A stretch of 64,000 nucleotides of DNA from the NCBI RefSeq assembly GCF_032444005.1, contig NC_091289.1:128402001-128466000 (forward strand), written 5' to 3'. Shown piece by piece: positions 50,102 through 61,472 of this stretch. The notes under the pieces are model-generated. The model was not told the DNA's origin. It saw only the letters and a list, made by a program, of their open reading frames with translations, and did not search any database. This stretch comes from Ranitomeya imitator. Its lineage: Eukaryota. The stretch's first letter is position 1, and each line of letters starts with the position of its first letter. Made by a program: the position numbers and the translations under genes.

Positions 50102-51522
50102 CTAATGACCCTCGGGTTCTGCTCTGCGCTGAGCGTGAACTGAGTGTCATGCGTCTGTGCTCCAATCCTCTTGCATGACAGGATCGGAGCACAGCTGTGA
50201 AGGAGACAGAGAAATTAATTTCTCCACGTCCTCCACTGTTGGCATATATCGCATCGCACTCAGATGATATCCATATTGTACGGTAGTGTGACTCTGGCCT
50301 TTGAGTTACATGTAAATATGCTTATGTTGGTGCTTGGGCTCTATCTGCCTTTTTCGTCTCCATTCATTTGTATATGCTCTGTTTAGCAAAACTAATGGAT
50401 GTATGTTTTTCAGATAGTGGAGAGTTTCTCCTGTAAGATTCAATGTCAATTTTAAAATTTTACATTATCAGCAACATTTTTAATATAAACCTATATGACT
50501 AGGTACCCCTTTGAATCATTTTTTAATATCTTCCACATACAAAAAGTCTGAGGAGTAAAAAATCTTAGCAATCAGTCCTAGAATTTGCTTTTACAACTCT
50601 TATATTGCCCTATGCATTTCCATGGTAGCAGACAACAAGCAAACCCTGTGTAGTCTGATCGATTAATTAGAGTATGAGGGCAGAATGAGACTATCTGTCG
50701 CCAACTTCTTTAAAAAATATCAAATTAGCTTTATCATAGAGGGCAGATGAACAGAAGCATCAGAGTACATAGGGTTTGCTTGCTGTCATCTACCACAATA
50801 ACTACTACAGCAATCAACATTTATATTGAGCTGTACCCAAAAGAAACTCAGAGGTCCAGATTCATTCAGACTGGTGTTTCGTATGCCAGTCTTAATGAGG
50901 GACATACAGGAATAAGATGCACCAAATTCATTAAGACGTGCATGTCACTTAATGAATTTTGAGCATCTTAACAGTGGCATGCACCTTTGTGCATCTCACT
51001 AGATATGTTACTCTAGTCAAGGGCTTTGTCGGATGAACCCCATCCTATCCAGGCTCCTCCCCAGCACCACCCTTCATGACCTTGGATGTACCCAATACGT
51101 CATGGTTGGTAAGTACTTACCAACCTTGAACATACTGGGTTTGTCATGGCTAAAATTCGCACCGCGACCGCACTTAAGGTGATTGTATTAAGGTGCCTGC
51201 TTTTGCCCCAGGGGGTTTTGACACCCCCTTCTACTACAATTGCTGTGATTGCCTGTTCAGTTCTGAACAGTTAATCACAGTGCTTTCACTGACGGGTTGT
51301 AACAGCACCGATCATAGGCTGGAGACTAGCACGCCGACGTCACCAGGGCCAGCTGTGATTGGTGTGTTCGGAGGATGACGCTGATTGCACGAATCAGAGT
51401 GCACAAAGGCAATCTGACCTTAGTATGACTGCTGTTTTGTCTCGCTGTGCTGGGTGTTGTCATGCCACAGACTTTTTAAGCCTGTGCCATCACTGCTGCT
51501 TGTTTTCCTGTGATTCTTGAAA

Positions 51523-51940
51523 GAAAGAAGTTGTTCCTAATCCATTCCTGATCAGTATATTTTTCCTAAGCCACCTTAATCCCCCACTCACCCTTTTCCC
51601 CCCTTTTTTCCCTCTCTCTAACCATCTCCTCACTCCCCTTCTGCTGCCGAGTGCTGATCAATAATTGATCGCTGATCAGAACTCGAAAACTCGATTTTTG
51701 GCAGTTTTTGTTTGTATGTCCTGCAGTAGAAGAAGAAGGTCCTGATCCATTCCTGATCCATAGCTTTTTCCTAATTCACCCCAATCGCCCTCTATCCCAC
51801 CTTTCCTCCTCTCCCCTCTCCCTAACCCCTTCCCCACTCCCCCTTCTGCTGCCGAGCATTGATCAGTAATTGATCGCTGATCAGAACTTGATAGCCCGAG
51901 TTTTGGCAGTTTTTTTTGGTTTGTGTATCCTGCTGCAGCT
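51523..51940 (+). repeat. Two diverged tandem copies of a ~205-bp unit
   Basis: CCATTCCTGATC...CCCCTTCTGCTGCCGAG...TGATCGCTGATCAGAACT...TTTTGGCAGTTTTT occurs twice. Confidence 0.85.
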
Positions 51941-51974
51941 GAGCGCTGATTAGTGACACAAATCCATGAGTGTC

Positions 51975-52577
51975 CATGCTAGCTGTTTTCTAGGACAAAA
52001 GCTCCTACTTAAAGAATACACCAAAGTAGTGAATAATGAATATCTACCAATACATCAAAACATCCAAGATGTTCAAATACAGCTACTGAAATCAAGACAT
52101 CCATGCATCCGAACCGCAATTACCCTGTATGAACATGATTTAAATTTAGAAGAGAAATGGCGTGAACTTTGGGTCACTGCAGTAGACGATGAGCCTCAAA
52201 CGTTTCCTCACTTTCAAAATCCACCACCAGGCTTCAATCTGCCAAGGAAAGCCTGGGTCACTTTGAATCGTATCAGAACAAACTTTGGTGTCTGTGCAGA
52301 TCTTATGCATAAGTGGGGAAAATCTGACTCTCCTGCCTGTGATTGTGGAGCTGATCGTCAAACAATTCAGCACATTGTCGAGGAATGTCCCCTCAGATCT
52401 TATACTGGTGACAAGAATGATTTCTACATTGGAAATGACAATGTTATTGCATACATAGAGAACCTTGATATCCGACTCCGATTTCTGTTCCTTTGTTCTT
52501 TTCAATCACTGTTTATTATTGTTTGTTATTTATTCTTATGTGATGTTAAAATATATGTTCATACGATTAAATAAATT
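51975..52577 (+). mobile_element. 5'-truncated non-LTR retrotransposon, RTEX-like ORF2 C-terminus
   Basis: PPGFNLPRKAWVTLNRIRT...HKWGKSDSPACDCGADRQTIQHIVEECP (CxC..H....C knuckle). The 3' end is CATACGATTAAATAAAT. Clade assignment is from recall. Confidence 0.7.
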
Positions 52578-52689
52578 CAGGACCTTTTTCGTCTTTGTTT
52601 ATTCCTCCCTCCTTGCACCACCTTTGTGTTTGCGTCCTACAGTTGCCGTGCACTAATCAGTGCCATAAAATGCATGACAGCTACAGTAA

Positions 52690-53049
52690 AGGCCTCATTT
52701 TGACACAGTCAGTGCGGGAAGCTGACGGCGGGGGACGTGACAGACATCGGAATGTGAGTATGTAGTGTTTTTGTTTTTTTTTACTTTTACAATGGTAACC
52801 AGGGTAAATATCGGGTTACTAAGCGCGGCCCTGCGCTTAGTAACCCGATGTTTACCCTGGTTACCCGGGGACTTCGGCATCGTTGAAGACAGTTTCAACG
52901 ATGCCGAAGTTGTTCCCCGGACCGTTGGTCGCTGGAGAGAGCTGTCTGTGTGACAGCTCCCCAGCGACCACACAACGACTTACCAACGATCATGGCCAGG
53001 TCGTATCGTTGGTCGTGATCGTTGGTAAGTCGTTTAGTGTAACGGTGCC
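52690..53049. mobile_element. Harbinger-like MITE remnant with central hairpin
   Basis: Right end AGTGTAACGGTGCC-TTA. Near-perfect palindrome GGTAACCAGGGTAAA...TTTACCCTGGTTACC at ~52793-52865. Confidence 0.65.
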
Positions 53050-53052
53050 TTA

Positions 53053-53660
53053 AGAGTGAAGTTATCAGTAAACTAGAAGATTATGAGACAAAGTCAAGTG
53101 AAAAGTTTCGGAGAAAGCCTATTAGTATTCGAAGTGAAGATGGAGGTGAATTCACAGGACATCAAATAAAATACTATTTAAGACAGAATGCAATAGAAGA
53201 CCAAAGAACCATCCCATACACAACTGAACAGAATGGTGTAGCAGAGAGAAATAATAGAAACTTGACTGAAATTATTAGGTGTATGCTAACAGATTCCAAT
53301 CTACTTGAAAAATATTGGGGTGCAGCTGCAATGACAGCCACTTATCTACAGAAACGACTCTTTTCAAGAAATGGGGAGAAGAACTCATATGAACTGTGGT
53401 ATGGTGAGAAACCAAGTGTGAAATACTTGGTTTTGGTTGCAAAGCATTTGCATTAATTCCACAGGAGATGGGCTCCAAATTCAAAACAGAGGCATAGCAG
53501 GAATCTTTGTTGGATATAGTGACAACTGCAAAGGGTCCAGAACCCTAGATCCTAAAACAGACAGAATTATTTTATGTAACAGTGTAACTTTCGTTGAGGA
53601 ATTAAACAACAACACAATAACAACACTTGAAGCACTAAAGGAGAAAACCAATAATGAAAA
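53053..53660 (+). pseudogene. Ty1/Copia integrase fragment
   Basis: IRSEDGGEF...PYTTEQNGVAERNNRNLTEIIRCML...YELWYGEKP, then frameshifted VFGCKAF...GIFVGYS (Copia integrase core and SH3-like fold). Confidence 0.88.
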
Positions 53661-53764
53661 GATTATGACAATTACATGGCAGATTCTCTCCTGTGTGACT
53701 GTGCCTTGGCTGCAGACATATCATATATATACTGTATATACATACATATATATATATATATATA

Positions 53765-55370
53765 CAGTGGGGCAAAAAAGTATTTAGTCAGTCAGCAATA
53801 GTGCAAGTTCCACCACTTAAAAAGATGAGAGGCGTCTGTAATTTACATCATAGGTAGACCTCAACTATGGGAGACAAACTGAGAAAAAAAAATCCAGAAA
53901 ATCACATTGTCTGTTTTTTTATCATTTTATTTGCATATTATGGTGGAAAATAAGTATTTGGTCAGAAAAAAAATTTCATCTCAATACTTTGTAATATATC
54001 CTTTGTTGGCAATGACAGAGGTCAAACGTTTTCTGTAAGTCTTCACAAGGTTGCCACACACTGTTGTTGGTATGTTGGCCCATTCCTCCATGCAGATCTC
54101 CTCTAGAGCAGTGATGTTTTTGGCTTTTCGCTTGGCAACACGGACTTTCAACTCCCTCCAAAGGTTTTCTATAGGGTTGAGATCTGGAGACTGGCTAGGC
54201 CACTCCAGGACCTTGAAATGCTTCTTACGAAGCCACTCCTTCGTTGCCCTGGCGGTGTGCTTTGGATCATTGTCACGTTGAAAGACCCAGCCACGTTTCA
54301 TCTTCAATACCCTTGCTGATGGAAGGAGGTTTGCACTCAAAATCTCACGATACATGGCCCCATTCATTCTTTCATGTACCCGGATCAGTCGTCCCGGCCC
54401 CTTAGCGGAGAAACAGCCCCAAAGCATGATGTTTCCACCACCATGCTTTACAGTAGGTATGGTGTTTGAAGGATGCAACTCAGTATTCTTTTTCCTCCAA
54501 ACACGACAAGTTGTGTTTCTACCAAACAGTTCCAGTTTGGTTTCATCAGACCATAGGACATTCTCCCAAAACTCCTCTGGATCATCCAAATGCTCTCTAG
54601 CAAACTTCAGATGGGCCCGGACATGTACTGGCTTAAGCAGTGGGACACGTCTGGCACAACAGGATCTGAGTCCATGGTGGCGTAGTGTGTTACTTATGGT
54701 AGGCCTTGTTACATTGGTCCCAGCTCTCTGCAGTTCATTCACTAGGTCCCCCCGCTTGGTTCTGGGATTTTTGCTCACCGTTCTTGTGATCATTCTGACC
54801 CCACGGGGTGGGATTTTGCGTGGAGCCCCAGATCGAGGGAGATTATCAGTGGTCTTGTATGTCTTCCATTTTCTAATTATTGCTCCCACTGTTGATTTCT
54901 TCACTCCAAGCTGGTTGGCTATTGCAGATTCAGTCTTCCCAGCCTGGTGCAGGGCTACAATTTTGTTTCTGGTGTCCTTTGACAGCTCTTTGGTCTTCAC
55001 CATAGTGGAGTTTGGAGTCAGACTGTTTGAGGGTGTGCACAGGTATCTTTTTATACTGATAACAAGTTTAAACAGGTGCCATTACTACAGGTAATGAGTG
55101 GAGGAAAGAGGAGACTCTTAAAGAAGAAGTTACAGGTCTGTGAGAGCCAGAAATCTTGATTGTTTGTTTCTGACCAAATATTTATTTTCCACCATAATAT
55201 GCAAAAAAAATGATAAAAAAACAGACAATGTGATTTTCTGGATTTTTTTTTCTCAGTTTGTCTCCCATAGTTGAGGTCTACCTATGATGTAAATTACAGA
55301 CGCCTCTCATCTTTTTAAGTGGTGGAACTTGCACTATTGCTGACTGACTAAATACTTTTTTGCCCCACTG
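53765..55370 (-). mobile_element. Full-length Tc1 transposon, copy 2 (1606 bp)
   Basis: Intact CAGTGGGGC...GCCCCACTG TIRs, inserted in a (TA)n tract. Confidence 0.97.
53981..55003 (-). CDS. Intact Tc1 DD34E transposase, 340 aa
   Basis: Uninterrupted ORF with the catalytic triad retained. Confidence 0.97.
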   Translation of the reverse strand: MVKTKELSKDTRNKIVALHQAGKTESAIANQLGVKKSTVGAIIRKWKTYKTTDNLPRSGAPRKIPPRGVRMITRTVSKNPRTKRGDLVNELQRAGTNVTRPTISNTLRHHGLRSCCARRVPLLKPVHVRAHLKFAREHLDDPEEFWENVLWSDETKLELFGRNTTCRVWRKKNTELHPSNTIPTVKHGGGNIMLWGCFSAKGPGRLIRVHERMNGAMYREILSANLLPSARVLKMKRGWVFQRDNDPKHTARATKEWLRKKHFKVLEWPSQSPDLNPIENLWRELKVRVAKRKAKNITALEEICMEEWANIPTTVCGNLVKTYRKRLTSVIANKGYITKY

Positions 55371-55394
55371 TATATATATATATATATATATATA

Positions 55395-56998
55395 CAGTAC
55401 AGACCAAAAGTTTGGACATACCTTCTGATTTAAAGATTTTTCTGTATTTTCATGATTATGAAAATTGTAAATTCACACTGAAGGCATCAAAACTATGAAT
55501 TAACACATGTGGAATTATATACTTAACAAAAAAGTGTGAAACAACTGAAAATATGTCTTATATTTTAGGTTCTTCAAAATAGCCACCTTTTGCTTTGATG
55601 ACTGCTTTTCACACTCTTGGCATTCTCTTGATGAGCTTCAAGAGGTAGTCACCGGGAATAGTTTTCACTTCACAGGTGTGCCCTGTCAGGTTTAATAAGT
55701 GGGATTTATTGCCTTATAAATGGTGTTGGGACCATCAGTTTTGTTGCGCAGAAGTCTGGTGGATGCACAGCTGATAGTCCTACTGAATATACTGTTAGAA
55801 TTTGTATTATGGCAAGAAAAAATCAGCTAAGTAAAGAAAAACGAGTGACCATCATTACTTTAAGAAATGAAGGTCAGTCAGTCCGAAAAATTGGGAAAAC
55901 TTTGAAAGTGTCCCCAAGTGCAGTTGCAAAAACCATCGAGCACTACAAAGAAACTGGCTCACATGAGGCCCACCCCAGGAAAGGAAGACCAAGAGTCACC
56001 TCTGCTTCTGAGGATAAGTTTATCCAAGTCACCAGCCTCAGAAATCGCAGATTAACAGCAGCTCAGATTAGAGACCAGGTCAATGCCACACAGAGTTCTA
56101 GCAGCAGACACTTCTCTACAACAACTGTTCAGAGGAGACTTTGTGCAGCCTTCATAGTAAAATAGCTGCTAGTAAACCACTGCTAAGGAAAGGCAACAAG
56201 CAGAAGAGACTTGTTTGGGCTAAAGAACACAAGGAATGGACATTAGACCAGTGGAAATCTGTGCTTTGGTCTGATGAGTCCAAATTTGAGATCTTTGGTT
56301 CCAACCACCATGTCTTTGTGCGACACAGAAAAGGTGAACGGATGGACTTTACATGCCTGGTTCCCACCGTGAATCATGGAGGAAGAGGTGTGATGGTGTG
56401 GGGGTGCTTTGCTGGTGACACTGTTGGGGATTTAATCAAAATTGAAGACATACTGAACCAGCATGGCTACCGCAGCATCTTGCAGATGCATGCTATTTTG
56501 TCCATTTTGCGTTTAGTTGGAACATCATTTATTTTTTAACAGGACAATGACCCCAAACACACCTCCTGGCTGTGTAAGGGCTATTTGACCAAGAAGGAGA
56601 GTGATGGGGTGCTACACCAGGTGACCTGGCCTCCACAGTCACCAGACCTGAACCCAATCGAGATGGTTTGGGGTGAGTTGGACCACAGAGTGAAGGCAAA
56701 AGGCCAACAAGTGCTAAGCATCTCTGGGAACTCCTTCAAGATTGTTGGAAGGCTATTCCCGGTGACTACCTCTTGAAGTTCATCAAGAGAATGCCAAAAG
56801 TGTGCAAAGCAGTCATCAAAGCAAAAGGTGGCTACTTTGAAGAACCTAGAATATAAGACATATTTTCAGTTGTTTCACACTTTGTTAAGTATATAATTCC
56901 ACATGTGTTAATTCATAGTTTTGATGCCTTCAGTGTGAATTTACAATTTTCATAGTCATGACAATACAGAAAAATCTTTAAATGAGAAGGTGTGTCCA
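55395..56998 (+). mobile_element. Tc1 transposon of a different family, defective; right TIR runs into the gap
   Basis: TIR CAGTACAGACCAAAAGTTTGGACA; the matching right TIR ends ...GGTGTGTCCA at the N run. Confidence 0.92.
55809..56856 (+). pseudogene. Frameshifted Tc1 transposase
   Basis: MARKNQLSKEKR...[29 protein letters not shown] and AKGGYFEE spread over several frames. Confidence 0.93.
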
Positions 56999-57126
56999 NN
57001 NNNNNNNNNNNNNNNNNNNNNNNNNNNNNNNNNNNNNNNNNNNNNNNNNNNNNNNNNNNNNNNNNNNNNNNNNNNNNNNNNNNNNNNNNNNNNNNNNNNN
57101 NNNNNNNNNNNNNNNNNNNNNNNNNN
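56999..57126. other. Assembly gap (N run)
   Basis: 128 Ns. Confidence 1.
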
Positions 57127-57337
57127 TGTTATGTGATGTATTGTGCTGATTGTAATGTAATAAAACACAGTCACAGTGATGGACGTTGTCACCTGAGCCT
57201 GTTGTACAATAACAGGCACAACAATGATGAATAATGGGGTCAATCCAAGGAATGGAGAAAAATGGTGGTTGAGTTCATTGCTGCCACAGGTAATGAGGTG
57301 ATGTATTACTGGGGTAATGGTATAAAAACTTTATTTA

Positions 57338-57380
57338 TTGCTACGCGCTTCAGAGCCGTTCTACCTCCTTCATCAGGCAG
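57338..57380 (-). ncRNA. Decayed Penelope-type hammerhead motif
   Basis: The minus strand reads CTGC-CTGATGA-AGGAG...CTCT-GAAG CGCGTA-GCAA; GAAA is mutated to GAAG. Confidence 0.55.
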
Positions 57381-57579
57381 GTGTACATACACAATGAATA
57401 CCCATGATTTTATTAATTCATTGAGAACATATATCATTTGGATCCAACCCTTGATTGGCTGGAAAATTAGCTGCCGCTTGTGCTGTGCTCTGTCTTAGTG
57501 GTAACAGACTATAGGAAAAAAACACACAGATTAAAACCATACATACACTAAAACTGAACCCTCCGAAGGTGCACAAAAG

Positions 57580-58807
57580 CTTACAGAGTGATCTATTTCA
57601 ATTTTCAAGTGCTTATTTCCGCCGCTAATATTAACGATTATGGCTTATAGAAAATGAAAACACAAAAGTCATTATCTCAATAAATTAGAATAATTAACAA
57701 AAAAACCTGCAAAAGCTTCCTAAGCATTTAAAAAGGCCATGTGGTCTGTTTCAGTAGGTTCGACAATCATGGGGAAGACTGCTGATTTGACAGATGTCCA
57801 GAAGGCAGTCATTGACACACTCCACAAGGAGGTTAAGGCATAAAAGGTCATTGCTAAAAAAGCTGGCTGTTCACAGAGAGCTGTATCCAAGCTTATTAAT
57901 GGAAAGTTGAGTGGAAGTAAAAAGTGTGGTAGAAAAAGGTGCATAAGCAACCCCGATAACCGCAGACTAGAAAGGATTGTTAAGAAAAGGGCATTCAAAA
58001 ATTTGGGGGAGATTCACAAGGAGTGGACTGCTGCTGGAGACATTGCTTCAAGAGCCACCACACACAGACATGGGCTACAAGTGTCACATTCCTTGTGTCA
58101 AGCCACTCATGGCCAATAGACAACACCAGAAGCGTCTTTCCTGGGCCAAGGAGAAAAAGAATTGGACTGTTGCTCAGTGGTCCAAGGTGTTGTTACTAGA
58201 TGAAAGTACAGTTTGCAGTTGATTTGGAAATCAAGGTCCCAGACACAGGAAGAGTGGAGAAGCATACACTCCAAGAATGGCCTTTTCTTATCAATCCTTT
58301 CAAGGCTATGATTGCTTGTGAACCTTTTTCTACCACACATTTTCTTTCCACTCAACTTTCCATTAATATGCTTGGATAAAGCACTCTGTGAACAGCCAGC
58401 TTCTTGAGCAATAACATTTTGTGGCTTGGATAAAGCACTCTGTGAACAGCCAGCTTCTTGAGCAATAACATTTTGTGGCTTACCTTCCTTGTGGAGTGTG
58501 TCAATGACTGCCTTCTGGACATCTGTCAAATCAGCAATTTTTCCCATGATTGTGAAGCCTACTGAAACAGACTAAGGGACCTTTTTAGATGCTCAGGAAG
58601 TATTTGCAGGTGTTTTTTACTAATCTAATTTACTGAGATAGTGACTTTTGTGTTTTCATTGGCTGTAAGTCAGAAACATTAACAGAAATAAACACTTGAA
58701 ATATATCACTCTGTAGTGACTCTATATAATGAGTTTTTATTTTTTTTATTGTATAACTGAAATAAATTAACCTATTTATGATATTCTAGTTTTGTGAGAA
58801 GCACCTG
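57580..58807. mobile_element. Two 5' halves of an old Tc1 element in inverted (tail-to-tail) arrangement
   Basis: Plus-strand MGKTADLTDVQKAVIDTLH from ~57769 and minus-strand MGKIADLTDVQKAVIDTLH from 58547 (with a 54-bp internal duplication). Terminus TTTTGTGAGAAGCACCTG at 58807. Confidence 0.8.
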
Positions 58808-58836
58808 TGTGTGTCCAACAGCCACCTTACAATATA

Positions 58837-60443
58837 CAGTGGGGCAAAAAAGTATTTAGTCAGTCAGCAATAGTGCAAGTTCCACCACTTAAAAAGATGA
58901 GAGGCGTCTGTAATTTACATCATAGGTAGACCTCAACTATGGGAGACAAACTGAGAAAAAAAAATCCAGAAAATCACATTGTCTGTTTTTTTTAACATTT
59001 TATTTGCATATTATGGTGGAAAATAAGTATTTGGTCAGAAACAAAATTTCATCTCAATACTTTGTAATATATCCTTTGTTGGCAATGACAGAGGTCAAAC
59101 GTTTTCTGTAAGTCTTCACAAGGTTGCCACACACTGTTGTTGGTATGTTGGCCCATTCCTCCATGCAGATCTCCTCTAGAGCAGTGATGTTTTTGGCTTT
59201 TCGCTTGGCAACACGGACTTTCAACTCCCTCCAAAGGTTTTCTATAGAGTTGAGGTCTGGAGACTGGCTAGGCCACTCCAGGACCTTGAAATGCTTCTTA
59301 CAAAGCCACTCCTTCGTTGCCCTGGCGGTGTGCTTTGGATCATTGTCATGTTGAAAGACCCAGCCATGTTTCATCTTCAATGCCCTTGCTGATGGAAGGA
59401 GGTTTGCACTCAAAATCTCACGATACATGGCCCCATTCATTCTTTCATGTACCCGGAGCAGTCGTCCTGGCCCCTTTGCAGAGAAACAGCCCCAAAGCAA
59501 GATGTTTCCACCACCATGCTTTACAGTAGGTATGGTGTTTGATGGATGCAACTCCGTATTCTTTTTCCTCCAAACACGACAAGTTGTGTTTCTACCAAAC
59601 AGTTCCAGTTTGGTTTCATCAGACCATAGGACATTCTCCCAAAACTCCTCTGGATCATCCAAATGCTCTCTAGCAAACTTCAGATGGGCCCGGACATGTA
59701 CTGGCTTAAGCAGTGGGACATGTCTGGCACTGCAGGATCTGAGTCCACGGTGGCGTAGTGTGTTACTTATGGTAGGCCTTGTTACATTGGTCCCAGCTCT
59801 CTGCAGTTCATTCACTAGGTCCCCCCGCGTGGTTCTGGGATTTTTGCTCACCGTTCTTGTGATCATTCTGACCCCACGGGGTGGGATTTTGCGTGGAGCC
59901 CCAGATCGAGGGAGATTATCAGTGGTCCTGTATGTCTTCCATTTTCTAATTATTGCTCCCACTGTTGATTTCTTCACTCCAAGCTGGTTGGCTATTGCAG
60001 ATTCAGTCTTCCCAGCCTGGTGCAGGGCTACAATTTTGTTTCTGGTGTCCTTTGACAGCTCTTTGGTCTTCACCATAGTGGAGTTTGGAGTCAGACTGTT
60101 TGAGGGTGTGCACAGGTGTCTTTTTATACTGATAACAAGTTTAAGCAGGTGCCATTACTACAGGTAATGAGTGGAGGAAAGAGGAGACTCTTAAAGAAGA
60201 AGTTACAGGTCTGTGAGAGCCAGAAATCTTGATTGTTTGTTTCTGACCAAATACTTATTTTCCACCATAATATGCAAATAAAATGTTAAAAAAACAGACA
60301 ATGTGATTTTCTGGATTTTTTTTTCTCAGTTTGTCTCCCATAGTTGAGGTCTACCTATGATGTAAATTACAGACACCTCTCATCTTTTTAAGTGGTGGAA
60401 CTTGCACTATTGCTGACTGACTAAATACTTTTTTGCCCCACTG
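58837..60443 (-). mobile_element. Full-length Tc1 transposon, copy 3 (1607 bp)
   Basis: Intact TIRs, TA TSD. Confidence 0.97.
59054..60076 (-). CDS. Intact Tc1 DD34E transposase, 340 aa
   Basis: Uninterrupted ORF; triad retained (SPDLNSIE variant). Confidence 0.97.
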   Translation of the reverse strand: MVKTKELSKDTRNKIVALHQAGKTESAIANQLGVKKSTVGAIIRKWKTYRTTDNLPRSGAPRKIPPRGVRMITRTVSKNPRTTRGDLVNELQRAGTNVTRPTISNTLRHRGLRSCSARHVPLLKPVHVRAHLKFAREHLDDPEEFWENVLWSDETKLELFGRNTTCRVWRKKNTELHPSNTIPTVKHGGGNILLWGCFSAKGPGRLLRVHERMNGAMYREILSANLLPSARALKMKHGWVFQHDNDPKHTARATKEWLCKKHFKVLEWPSQSPDLNSIENLWRELKVRVAKRKAKNITALEEICMEEWANIPTTVCGNLVKTYRKRLTSVIANKGYITKY

Positions 60444-60461
60444 TACATACATATACATATG

Positions 60462-61472
60462 CAGTGGCTTGCGAATATATTCACCCCCTTGGCTTGCTGC
60501 CTATTTTGCTACATTACAATCTGTGTTTAGATATTTTTGCAATCCAATTTGTGTGATGCATCAGCACTAAATAGTCTGATTTGGTGAAGTGAAATGAAAC
60601 AAGTCCCCTATGTGCAATCTAAGTGTTACATGGTTTGTACACACCTTTTCTGAAAGGCCATAGAATCTGCAATATAAATAAGGAAGAGGCACCACTAGCC
60701 AAACAACACCATGAAGACCAAAGAGATCTCAAAACAATTCAGGGACAAAGTTGTTGAGAAGTACAAGTCAGAGTTGGGTAATATCCAATCTCTGATTATC
60801 CCCCAAAGCACCAACAAATCCATTAACATCAAATCAAAAGAACAAGGTACCACAACAAAATTGTCACGAGAGGGGTCATCCACCAAAACTCTCAGCCCAG
60901 GAAAGGAAGGCATTAATCAGAGCAACAGAGCAGAGACCAAAGGTAACCCTGAAGGAGCTGCAAAAATCCCAAGCAGAGACTGGGGTATCTGTCCATATGA
61001 CCACAATAAGCCATACACTCCATAGAGGCGGCCTTTGTGAGATAGTATGCAGAAAAAGCCTTTACTTACACAAAAAAATTGTAAGGCTAATTTTGAGTTT
61101 GCCTAAAGACATGTGGTAACTCCCCAAATGTATGGAGGAAGGTGCTGTGCTCAGATAAGACCAAAATTTTACTTTTTTGTCACCAAAGTAAACGCTATAT
61201 CTGGCACCAAAAAAACATATCTCATCACCCCGCAACACCATCCCCACACTAAAACATGGTGGTGGCAGCACTGTGCTGTGGGGATGTTTTTTGACAGTAG
61301 GGAGAGGGGTAATTGTCCAAGTTGAGGGGAAGATGGATGGAGCGAAATACAGGGATATTTTTTAGAAAAACCTGCTTCAGTCTGTCAGGGATTTGAGACT
61401 GGGATTGAGGCTCACCTTTCAAGAAGACAATGATCCAAAACATACTGCTAAGGCAACACCCGAGTGGTTTAA
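60462..61472 (+). mobile_element. Decayed Passport-like Tc1 element, interrupted at TTAA
   Basis: TIR CAGTGGCTTGCGAATATATTCACCCCC; MKTKEISKQFRDKVVEKY... and ...[17 protein letters not shown] just before the insertion. Confidence 0.8.

Noticed and set aside
42215-60167. 246-aa antisense ORF open in all three Tc1 copies
   Set aside because: The copies are nearly identical, so shared openness is not independent evidence. No recognisable domain; likely a shadow of transposase codon usage.
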